A stretch of DNA of 62,838 bases, the filler included, from Perkinsus olseni (taxonomy: Eukaryota): assembly GCA_013115125.1 (NCBI GenBank). It is 26 parts of 26 records of this genome, joined end to end, with 100 filler letters (N's around TTAATTAATTAA, not from the genome) between each part and the next. Parts side by side here need not be neighbours in the genome. Positions count along the whole stretch, not along the records: positions 36,832 to 39,135 come from JABANN010001598.1; positions 39,236 to 41,519 come from JABANN010001599.1; positions 41,620 to 43,903 come from JABANN010001600.1; positions 44,004 to 46,283 come from JABANN010001601.1; positions 46,384 to 48,663 come from JABANN010001602.1; 21 more parts are not named here. One strand, given 5' to 3'. The notes under the pieces are model-generated. The model saw only the letters and a list, made by a program, of their open reading frames with translations, did not search any database and was not told where the DNA came from. Shown one piece after another: positions 36,976 through 47,260 of this stretch. Made by a program: the position numbers and the translations under genes. Numbering within the stretch: position 1 is the first letter of the stretch; each line of letters starts with the position of its first letter.

Positions 36976-37447
36976 CCGCCTCCGCGTCGTCGGGTATTTC
37001 CCGCCCAAACGAAGAGATCGTGCAGATGGGCGAGGTGAGCCATGATGACAGGGTTGTACTGTGATTGGATATATCATGTGTTCGAGTTTAATGTGGAAAT
37101 GTAATAGTTTTACGTATTTCAACAGCTGACCGAACAAGGCTAGGTCGACTCCTATGGTCCTCTCCCTCCCCTCTCACCTTTGAAGATGTCTTTTCCCATT
37201 GTATGCCGGGGATGGTTGGAGACCTCACGGCAATAGTCGACCCTCCTGCAGGAAGAGGTTGGAAATAAACGAGTGGGGTTCAACACGGCATTGGATGTTA
37301 AAGGAAGTCCCTTCACCAGGTCTCGATAGTATCTTCGTCCTGCAATACCGACACCGCACAACAGGTCGCCTTTCCAATCGATACTAGCTCGAGCGCGATG
37401 GTTTTCCTCGATTAGCCATTGCTTTCACAACAGTCACCAACATCCTC

Positions 37448-38030
37448 ATGATCACCGGTCGCGTTTATCGCCTTGTCTACGTGGCGGCTACGTTGCTGCC
37501 CACAGCCGTACTCGGCTTAACAAGTCTGAAAGGTCCTAATGACAAACTGGAAGGCCCTAAGAACATGACCGACCTTTCGAAGCTCGAATATCGTTCGGCT
37601 TTGGCTTCTGAGAGAGACGGTGACCCAGAAAATTATTTAGCAGTCGACCCAAGAGGGCAGGTAAGGTCGTGTCGGGGCAGGTACTATTTATTGTCATGTT
37701 CTCGTTCATTCTTCTTATTACCGATCCTCTTGGGAAATGCATATTCACCGGCCTCTCCATTCCGATTGTCATTCAGAGAGAACGTGTGTTACTCTCCCGA
37801 GATTCCCTTTTATATTTCAGGAAATATTGGGTAGGGTTTATTTTGAGGAAACTGTGGAGATATATTCAATGGATATGAGAGGGGGCTGGGAGGGACTCGA
37901 GACGGAAACAATCAAGCATCTGGTGAAATATGTAAGATTAGCATCTCTTCTGCATTGTAACCGTTTGGTGGTGCAACTAAGAAGTGATCATCCTGTCCAT
38001 CACTCTTATCACTGCAGGCTAGAGTGAGAG
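37448..38030 (+). CDS. Putative spliced secreted protein, lineage-specific
   Basis: Signal-peptide-like N terminus (VYRLVYVAATLLPTAVLG); CAG|GTAAG donor at about 37661. Confidence 0.4.
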
Positions 38031-40914
38031 GTTGTCATCTGATAGAGGTAACACGGTTGCGGATGTTGTAATGATCAGATCGCGAGAACAAGGCCTCATG
38101 TACGCAAAGTAAGAGCTGATGCTCCTTGGAACGACTACGACAGCCAGGCGATCTTCTCTGACGCAGGCTTCGATTGCCAAGGTAGAGTTTCTTGTAGCAG
38201 TAGTGGAGGCCAATAAGGTCCTATTCTCCCAGATATGGATCTCGGGTACACGATTTGCTCCTACGATATCCTTGATACTCACGAGGAGGGTACGGTGTAA
38301 TCCGTCGGTTCTTTGGTGGCTCACCCTCTTCCATGTCCGCCTTACCCATTCACGAATACTTTTCATCATTTTTATTCACTTCTGCATGGATTTAATAAGG
38401 ATGATTCACTTCGTGATGTCGTATTGTAATTGAACAAACGGGGTGTTTGACTTGAGTCACCATACATTCATCACCATAGCAATGAGAGGAGTTTTCATAA
38501 GTTGAACAGGTGAGCAACAGAAGAGGAGCTGAACGGTTAGGGAAGTCGGTAGAAGAGGTTCTCTTCCTTTTTCCGTCCTTTTATCAGTTTTCACTAGGCA
38601 GGTGAGCTCTCTATCCCCGACACTCTTAACTCGACAATGACTCTTCCACAACAGGCGAACTGCACTGTAGATCGCCTTTCCAATATCTATTTTTCTCTCT
38701 CTTTTCTACTTCGAGGGCGTCAATTTCCTTCAAACATCTCGCTGGACGCCATTCAAAAGAGCGTCTAATTTTGCTATCGTTCGGTTTACCTCTCAACTGA
38801 ACACTCTGTCTCGGATACTCAACTAGTCGGCTGCTTTCCCTACTACATCAGCGACACTACGCATGAGCTCGCTTTTCCGATCGATAATTTCTCGGGCGCG
38901 CTCAACCTTTCGTATGTGAGCGTTCTAGTCACTTGACCATTATGATAGGAATGTAATTGATAATTTCGCCTCGGAAATCATCAGTTCGAGTCCATCCCTC
39001 ACTCTGACATACGGAGTAGTAGTCAGCCACTTCGGGAATCGGTCAGGATCCATCAGCATTGGAGCGGGTGCCCCTCCCTCCTCCTCGCAAATGCATACCC
39101 AACTACGATATGTGTCCTATTGGATGGCATAGGTTNNNNNNNNNNNNNNNNNNNNNNNNNNNNNNNNNNNNNNNNNNNNTTAATTAATTAANNNNNNNNN
39201 NNNNNNNNNNNNNNNNNNNNNNNNNNNNNNNNNNNCTATCGACTTTGGTCTGGAAAAGCTTCCCCTCAGGTTCCACAACCTCGGATACTGTTTGCTCGGC
39301 CTCTGGCTCCACAGCGTGGGGGCTCATAAGATTGCGGTGGTCGAGCTTATACCGGGGAAGCCTATGCACTTGGAAGACACGGTCTTCACTTTTTTCGGCC
39401 GTCATGTAAGGTCATCGCTGCTCCCAGTTCAGAGTCGAGGTGCCCAAGACGTGGTCCTTATCGGTCTCTCCTCAGTCCCTCACGGTCTACCTGGCCCACA
39501 TGTTTCCTGTACTGTTAATACTTGCAATCTTCGTCTACTCTCAGTGACAGGCCTTCAGGGCCATTCAGTCAGTCTGTGTCTTACCCGCTTAGTCCCGAAC
39601 CGTATTGTGGTGTTGTGATGCAGTTGTGGATCAGAGTTTCCGGGTCGAGTCTGTTGTTGGGGCTACACGAGTCAACGAAGTTCGTAAGTTCCTCTTATGA
39701 TACTCATCTTGTGGCTGACGAGAAGTTCCACAGGTTGCAAACTCCAGGACTCGGGGGCGATGCACTGATGATGTCGAGGACCTCGCACTCAGTGGTCCTT
39801 TCTGTTGCACGGTTTCTCACTTCCACCGCGGATCGTCCACTAATACGACGATCCAGATAAGGATGGATTATCGTGCTTCACTAGGTGTCCTCTTTCATTT
39901 TGACGTTTTCGGGTTGAGACTTGGTATACTACGTCGGTCCATCGACACCCTATGAACTCCGGCTCCCATCACTCAGCGGTGGGTGAGAACTGGGGAACTG
40001 GCTCGAAGTAGTCGCTAAGTAGTCTTAGAAAATACAGTGTGAATTGGGTCTCTGAATCCAGGTTGCTTCTGAGGAGATTGGAAAATACTGACGATGAGAT
40101 GATGCTGCTCATCATCAACCAGTTGCCGCTTGAAGATGAGTCAATTATTGGGAGAGTGGTGACCTACTAGTTCCGCAAGGACTATGTTTTTATCATGATA
40201 GGAGCCTACTGGGTACCACTCCTCGCCCAACACTAGTTGATAACAGGGGATGAGTCCCTGAGCCTGTGAGAGGCTATCGCGAAGGGCAGTTCGCGAAGTC
40301 AGGAGCAGTCCGTGACGATAACTGAATTCAGGACCCTCCGGGAACTCCTCGGAATTGCCCCCGACCTTCCTCGAAGGAGCCTTCCGAGTCGGCTGCTCCT
40401 TGTAACGGACTTTCTCCTGCAACTCTGTTCGCTGGGCTTTCGAGGCGGGCTGTCTTGATGCTGGATAAGATCGTTTAGGGGAACTGTTCATGAGATGAGT
40501 GTATCTTGAATCAAGATTCTTGAGTCTGCCGCACTTGCTCAAGCACGGGTCGGTCGCTCCAGGCCTCGAGAAGGCTCTCACAGGGGAGCAGTCCCTCAGC
40601 CGTCAGGGACGCGGTCGGTGAGAACACGCAGCTGGAGTCCGCTAGCCCGTCTCGCTCATACGCGTCACCGCCCAGCTGCCGCGTCACAGCCTTTGGCGTC
40701 TCCTTCGACTGCTGCTACAGGCTTTCCCTTAGCGCCTAGATTCTAATTCTTCGGTGGAGTTTGCGTTGCTCATGGCTCGCAGTTTTGTCAGGCTTCACTT
40801 TCTCTTCACTTCCGGTTGGGCAATCCAGTCCACGATCTCTCCTGGCCTATAATCAAATCATAGGCCTGCCGAGGAGACAACTCGCCTGAGAGGGGCCGCG
40901 CGGTCACGCTGAGC

Positions 40915-41499
40915 ATGACTCAATACACCAGCCATATCTTTGTAGTTTACCTTTCCATCCCGACCAATTCCTGTATGCCACAGCCATACACAGACTTAGT
41001 TTTTATAGACCCCGTTACCTTCATAGACGGCGAGGTTTGGAAGGGGTTTTCCCTTCCCTCTGTCAAGTCAGCTCTCGTTCTAACAGTCCTTGGTTTGGTC
41101 ATCTCCTGCGGTCTTTGTACCTTTCACTTTCTCACACGGAGAGAACGGGCGGCTCACAAAGGGAAACATGAGGGCTTCGACCCGGTGTCGAACATTGAGA
41201 AGGGGCAGGCTGCCGCTATTGATGGTGATGTTACCGATGTGGTTGGTGGTGGAAGGGTGGTAGCCAAACCGCGGTATCCAGCAGTGGACTACCTCAGAGG
41301 CTTCTGCATTCTGCAGGTCGTTGTATTCCACTTGATTTGGGCGCTCACTGATTTCGATCTACTCCCCACCTTCCCAATGAAAGGCGGGTTTAATCTACCG
41401 CTCACCAACTACCTGTACTTCGGAGCGATCTATATTATCACAATCACTTGGATGTTCTTCACTTTCAATATCCACCCGTACATCCCCTATTTCGTGTAG
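40915..41499 (+). CDS. Membrane protein with a DUF1624/HGSNAT-like acyltransferase N-terminal motif, partial
   Basis: RYPAVDYLRGFCILQVVVFH followed by transmembrane segments. Confidence 0.6.
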   Translation: MTQYTSHIFVVYLSIPTNSCMPQPYTDLVFIDPVTFIDGEVWKGFSLPSVKSALVLTVLGLVISCGLCTFHFLTRRERAAHKGKHEGFDPVSNIEKGQAAAIDGDVTDVVGGGRVVAKPRYPAVDYLRGFCILQVVVFHLIWALTDFDLLPTFPMKGGFNLPLTNYLYFGAIYIITITWMFFTFNIHPYIPYFV

Positions 41500-41619
41500 G
41501 ATTGCCCAGCTTCACTACGNNNNNNNNNNNNNNNNNNNNNNNNNNNNNNNNNNNNNNNNNNNNTTAATTAATTAANNNNNNNNNNNNNNNNNNNNNNNNN
41601 NNNNNNNNNNNNNNNNNNN

Positions 41620-42525
41620 GCTCCTGTGACTACTACTTCCAGTGCTCCTGTGACTACGACTTCCAGTGCTCCTGTGACTACTACTTCCAGTAATGCTCCT
41701 GTGACTACTACTACCAGTGCTCCTGTGACTATTACCAGTAGTGCTCCTGTGACTACTACTTCCAGTGCTCCTGTGACTACGACTTCCAGTGCTCCTGTGA
41801 CTACTACTTCCAGTACTGCTCCTGTGACTACTACTACCAGTAGTGCTCCAGTGACTACCACCGGCGGCAGTACTACGGCAGTGAAGACTTCCAGTGCTCC
41901 TGTGACTACTAGTAGTAGCACTACGCCTGAGACCAGCGGCCATACTACGACAAAGCCGTCCTCTGCTACCACAGCAAGCGAAACTACAAGGTCATCTACT
42001 AGTGCACCAATCACCAGGCGTTCAGCTACTACTTCCGCTACTTCGTCACCATCTACAACACCAGCTACAACACCGGCTACTACAACACCGGCTAGTCGCA
42101 GCACGACAGACACCACTAGTGCTTCAGGACCTGTCAACTGCCATGATGGAGATAAGTACTGTTGTGCCCATCACTCCGGCAGTTACTGCAAATACTGGGA
42201 CTACCCACCGGTCTGCTCCGGTACCAATATACCATGCTCGTGTGACCATCACACTTCTCCGCGAGCAGCAACGACGGCCAGTCCAAAGACGACTGCGACC
42301 GCGACTACTGCGGACTCTACCACTTCAGCTACTTCTTCCACGGGGGCAATTCAAACTTCGTCGAGTGCGCAAAGTTCCTCAGCATCGACACGAGCCCCGG
42401 CTACTACCACATCATCACTAACTTGTGATGCTTATTGCGATATGGCATATCCCGGAAGCTACTGCAAGTACTGGCAGATACCAAGTATTTGCTCCAGTAC
42501 GAATCTGCCTTGTGAGTGCAATTAG
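41620..42525 (+). CDS. Mucin-like Ser/Thr-rich protein (APVTTTSS repeats) with two Cys-rich modules, 5'-truncated
   Basis: 24/27-bp tandem repeats at 41620-41910; modules GDKYCCAHHSGSYCKYWDYPPVCSGTNIPCSC and CDAYCDMAYPGSYCKYWQIPSICSSTNLPCEC. Confidence 0.85.
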   Translation, partial: APVTTTSSAPVTTTSSAPVTTTSSNAPVTTTTSAPVTITSSAPVTTTSSAPVTTTSSAPVTTTSSTAPVTTTTSSAPVTTTGGSTTAVKTSSAPVTTSSSTTPETSGHTTTKPSSATTASETTRSSTSAPITRRSATTSATSSPSTTPATTPATTTPASRSTTDTTSASGPVNCHDGDKYCCAHHSGSYCKYWDYPPVCSGTNIPCSCDHHTSPRAATTASPKTTATATTADSTTSATSSTGAIQTSSSAQSSSASTRAPATTTSSLTCDAYCDMAYPGSYCKYWQIPSICSSTNLPCECN

Positions 42526-44003
42526 AGCCAATTTCGAGGGTTCTCGGACAATCTTCCGACTTTCACCGGCTTGCATCCCACAGGCTTCTTGTATTCAGTC
42601 GGTTGAAGGAAGTTCTCTTCGTTTATTCGTCTTCGAAACTTCAACCCACCTTTCGTGTCTACATTTTACAGTTTATTCGGGAGAGATTTGCTGTCGTGTT
42701 CATAAGTTGGTGAGAGTGCGGCAGACTGGTAGGCTGTTCGAACCGCCTCAGCGTAGACGGCTCCAAGCGAAGAATGGGTGTTGGCAGAATCACTTCGTTC
42801 AACGGCAGCAAGAACGGGCCTGAACAGCCTTGTGAAAATGCTCTTCTTCGTAGACTTCCCGTGTGATTTGCACCATTCAGGAGAAAGATGGGGTCTATGT
42901 TAGATGTCCTGTTCGGACAATTTGCTGACACGATGAGCGATAGTAGCCGAGAGCAGGAGTTGCTGCACTTGGGGACATCACAACACTCGATACGTGTGTC
43001 GATCAAAAGAGCACTCTACGTTCATAGCCGGCTAGGAATTCTACCATTACGGGACCCTCCTCTTACAATCTGCCTTCTCGGTGAAATGACTTCATTGGAG
43101 CTGATAACGCCATCGGAGAGTTCACTGGGAAAGTGTTTCAGTGAAGTTCCTCTCGTTTGTTGTTTTATCGGAGGAGCAAGCAGTGGCTCCTCGGAGATCG
43201 TGTAGAAGTGCACACATGCAGGCAATTACAGCGATCTTAAGGCCGCTGAGATTTCTTATCCATGGCGATATCAACAAAACCATGACGAGGCCGCCGTTCT
43301 CTCGGCAAGAAGCAGCGGAAGATAATTTCCGACGAAAGATGATCATCTTCAATCCTAAGCTGTACTGAATCGCTTGAGCGATTCAAGGACTAGGTCCTCA
43401 CCCTGCGCGGACACTCAAGTTGGACAGGGATCTGATACTGGAAACAGCGAGAAGACGTCGGAACCTGAAGTCTCATGATCGTGGGGGTGATCTCAGTGCA
43501 TTTAGATGAGCATGGGTTCGGCTCAGAAGTCGGGGCAAGAAGCTCCCGAAAATTCCTTGCCATGCCCTACTGCTATGACAGAGCAATCGACTCATCATTC
43601 ATACCAGAGGGGTCGGCTCGAGGAGATCTACGATCACAATTCTCCTTAGAACATGTTGGATATTCGGACCTAGCAGGTCCGTTGGCTACAGGGCCATCGC
43701 CGCGCCATATTCCACAGAGTGCATCCGAGTGTTCCATGGAGCTTCCTAAGCTTCAATAGCTAGTTCTAGAGAGTACTCGAGTATGATGAAGCATATCTAT
43801 TCTACAATTCATTTCGGTCAGTCATCTATCAGTCCATCCACTTAGTTTTATCTTTGCAGCATCCTCCAAATGATTGCCCATTCGATTGCATTGTGGATCG
43901 GACNNNNNNNNNNNNNNNNNNNNNNNNNNNNNNNNNNNNNNNNNNNNTTAATTAATTAANNNNNNNNNNNNNNNNNNNNNNNNNNNNNNNNNNNNNNNNN
44001 NNN

Positions 44004-44071
44004 CTCAAACACGTAGTATGTGCTGAATTAGACTGATTTTTGTGATTTGCATATCGAATTGGAACACCCTG
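44004..44071 (-). mobile_element. Tc3-like TIR inserted at a TA in the aspartic protease gene
   Basis: ..GGAACACCCTG|TA, reverse complement of the 19614 and 54399 copies. Confidence 0.9.
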
Positions 44072-45088
44072 TAGATTTGCTTTTGGATTCTGGCGACTTC
44101 GAGATTAATGTGCTCGATGGCCATTGGTACGAGGGGAAATATGGACAAGGTGCATGCAAGAGACGCGGCTCAGGCTGCTACTTTTGCCCTGAGGAGAAAC
44201 CCTGCGACTTCGATGGAAAAGAGCCTGTATATAAAGCTCGTTATGTCGGCAACACGAGTATGGAAGGCATTTATCGCAATGGATCGCTGAGCTTGGGTGG
44301 TCATGAATCATGACTCATGATACCACGGATATCCTCTTCCGCGTTTCGAGAGCGACCCATGTGAACGAGGACTCAAGATTGTACGGCTTATTTGGGATAC
44401 GTAGATTGCCGAAGAATTTGGACAAATTTGGTGCCCACAGAGCAGCGACTTCATCTCTGGCGAGCTGACACTCGGTGGCTCGCCGATTGTCGAGTCCCAT
44501 GCAACCAACTTCATCGTCACATACATGGCAAATGAGACGGATAGTGACTTCGGATTCGTTCAAGCGTCGATCTCACCGTTGAGATTGTTCGATGCTGAGG
44601 GGCATCTCCTGAGGGGGCAAGGTCCCGCCCTTGGACGCCCAGAATCGTATAGCGTCCATATTGACACGGGGGCCAACGGTATCTTCCTACCACAAGCAGG
44701 CTTGCTCGACGATATCCAACGGAACCTTCAACTGAGACTGATTGGCGAAGGTTACACTCGTGAGGATGTAATTGGCTCGTGTTGGCGGAACAATAATTTC
44801 ATGTACGTTAAAGAGGATGTTGCGAGCTTCCTACCGGTACTGGGGTTTCAACTCTCTGATGAACACGAATCTGTGTGGATCAAAATACTCCCACAACATT
44901 ATTTGAGAAGAGGCACAGGACCTGACAGGCTTAACAAGGGCACAGGGGTGTGGGTGATCAAAGCCCAAGAAGCGCGCTTCAACATATTAGGAACACCTTT
45001 CCTAAAAGCATACAGTATCCATGTTGATTTCACAGCATTTAAGCTAGCACTGTTCCAGAATGGCAGGCCCCCGCTGACGATGACATAG
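44072..45088 (+). pseudogene. Pepsin-like (A1) aspartic protease, disrupted
   Basis: LLLDSG, GLFGI, GELTLGG, VHIDTGA and NILGTPFL spread over shifting frames; transposon at the 5' end; +14-bp scar at 44300-44321. Confidence 0.82.
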
Positions 45089-45447
45089 TTGTAATGCTCG
45101 CACGGTACGAGTTAGCGGCCCTTCCGTTTCGTCATAGTCTTCAATCAACGGAAAAATGATGCACCGAGTTAAATGTGTGACAGAGGTTATCACACTTTGG
45201 GAAGGCTGAGCTGATTACAGTAGATTTACAGAAAAACAGCATGACCGAGTCAAAGCGTTATTCTAGCGCTTCCATTGCAAACTGCTCGACCAGCTGCATT
45301 CCGACCTTCAGTCAGGGTGAAACAGTGCCATGGACCACTGACAGCGGTAAGTCAGTCATGAGGATATGTATTAGTCACAGGATTAGTCGTGACGAAAACA
45401 AGTGATGAGTGATCAAGTATCGATTTTGTAGACCTGCTAGGATATGC

Positions 45448-45469
45448 TAAACAGCCTGTTTAAAACAGG
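45448..45469. repeat. 22-bp X7-rc(X8)-X7 scar
   Basis: TAAACAG-CCTGTTTA-AAACAGG. Confidence 0.9.
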
Positions 45470-45994
45470 AGAAACAGGAGTCCTAAGCTAGTATCCCTAA
45501 GTTGGGAGCGAGCTTCATCGATTGTGGACATTGCCTCTGAGGCAAAGCCTCTGTCGTGAAATTCCCAGTGACGTAGAGGATGGGATGGATAGATGTAGCC
45601 AAGGTAGCTAGGGCAATCCGGATTGCGTTGCCCAGAGCACAACTGGTGTGTTTCATCTGTCACAGACTGTTCAGAACAGCCTATAACACGAGAGCAACTC
45701 ACGGTGAGCTGCCAGACAGATCGAACCCCAAGGCGGTGGTCGCTGTGGAAAGACCCACAGACTGTGACTCAACACACTTCAGTCAGCGGTCATCTATTAG
45801 GACTGAGAATGCCTATCAACGAATAAAACCCTAAGCCTCTCTGCAGACTTACCTCGGAAATTCCGAGTCGGAGTATCGTTGGAGACAAACTCTAGTCCTA
45901 CCTCCACATAGAGGGATTAGGGTGGGAAGGGCGCGAAAGTCAGCCAAAGTCTGGTGAGCACCAGACTATTAACATCATACATTGATATTATCAA

Positions 45995-46283
45995 TTTTTT
46001 TTACGGTCCGTGAACCATTCGACGGAATGGAGTAGGGAGAGGACTATAATAATGCTATAAAGCTATAACCCTCTCGCTAAAGCAACGAACCGCGCGACAT
46101 TAATAGTGTTTTCACGAACAAAGTCGTCTTTATCCGCCACAATACGAGAATTCCCGAAACATTGAATTCGAATATTCTCATTTTTTTGGCAATCGAATAA
46201 TCTATGACTAATATCATCAACAACTTCATTATCGTCGTCAGTACACAAGGTACATAAAGGACTATCTACTTTCCCTATTCTAA
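45995..46283 (-). mobile_element. 3' end of a non-LTR retrotransposon (LINE ORF2 C-terminal CCHC, short 3' UTR, A8 tail)
   Basis: RIGKVDSPLCTLC..DDISHRLFDC; stop at 46063; T8 on the plus strand at 45995-46002. Confidence 0.75.
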
Positions 46284-46473
46284 NNNNNNNNNNNNNNNNN
46301 NNNNNNNNNNNNNNNNNNNNNNNNNNNTTAATTAATTAANNNNNNNNNNNNNNNNNNNNNNNNNNNNNNNNNNNNNNNNNNNNGTAGCACCAGCTAGTCA
46401 GCTCATTGAAGGTTTCTGACTGAGAAAATGAGGCACTCGCTGAACTATTCAGAAACAGCCTCGGCCAGAATCC

Positions 46474-46864
46474 TGCATCGCCGATGCAGCATCGGGTAGG
46501 CTTTCAGCTCAGGCTGGCGTTGCCGTATACCTCGGTACGATGACAACACATGACGGAATTCTCTCTCGATAAAGTTGGCCCAGGACCAACAACTGTAATT
46601 TTAGAAACCCAGATGATTAGAAGGTGAGAGGATGTGCAGCAGGGATGGGCCCAACCTGGTTGGGCCAACCAATACCGAGTCAACAGTAAAAACACATGGT
46701 ACGGGAGTGTGGGAAGGGGATAGCACTCAATGCTCGAATGCTTGTTATCCGATCCATGGTCGAGGCATTGGTGCTGTCCATGTCTTACGATAGTGTCACA
46801 CCGTTATTGCGGTTGAGACTCAACCGTTGAGTTGGTAAATCAAGTTCACGGTGAACTGTTCACC
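46474..46864. repeat. Cluster of four 22-bp X7-rc(X8)-X7 scars (46474, 46650, 46811, 46843)
   Basis: TGCATCG-CCGATGCA-GCATCGG; CCCAACC-TGGTTGGG-CCAACCA; GGTTGAG-ACTCAACC-GTTGAGT; AGTTCAC-GGTGAACT-GTTCACC. Confidence 0.92.
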
Positions 46865-47206
46865 ATCGTTAGACATCTCCCTACCTAGGATTGAAAAAAA
46901 TCTGCCAGCACGAGCGCCACTGTGCTGCGTATTTAGCCACTCACTAAGTAACACCATGTCTCTGAACGCATGAACAGCGACGGCGTTTCTTCGCTGTGCG
47001 GTCTCATGATGTCACAAAGCTTGCGCACGCACACACTCTCGTCCTGCGTGTTTTTACTATCGCTGCAATTCTCTCCGCTAATAACAAAGGAGGACGCATG
47101 GGTATGGCAGGTTCGATCTCTACTTCGTACCGAGGAATCCCGGCCACCCTCACGCGACGTCGACGCGCCGAGACCTATGAGGGTCGTTTGTATAATACAA
47201 CTTGTA

Positions 47207-47253
47207 CCGAAACTTACTGATTAATACAAATTGTATTAATCAGTAAGTTTCGG
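47207..47253. repeat. Perfect 47-bp palindrome (23-bp arms, 1-nt centre)
   Basis: CCGAAACTTACTGATTAATACAA-A-TTGTATTAATCAGTAAGTTTCGG. Confidence 0.95.
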
Positions 47254-47260
47254 ATTTACG

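Noticed and set aside
39236-39860. Decayed retrotransposon integrase C terminus
   Set aside because: Too many stops and no recognisable DDE or GPY/F motif.
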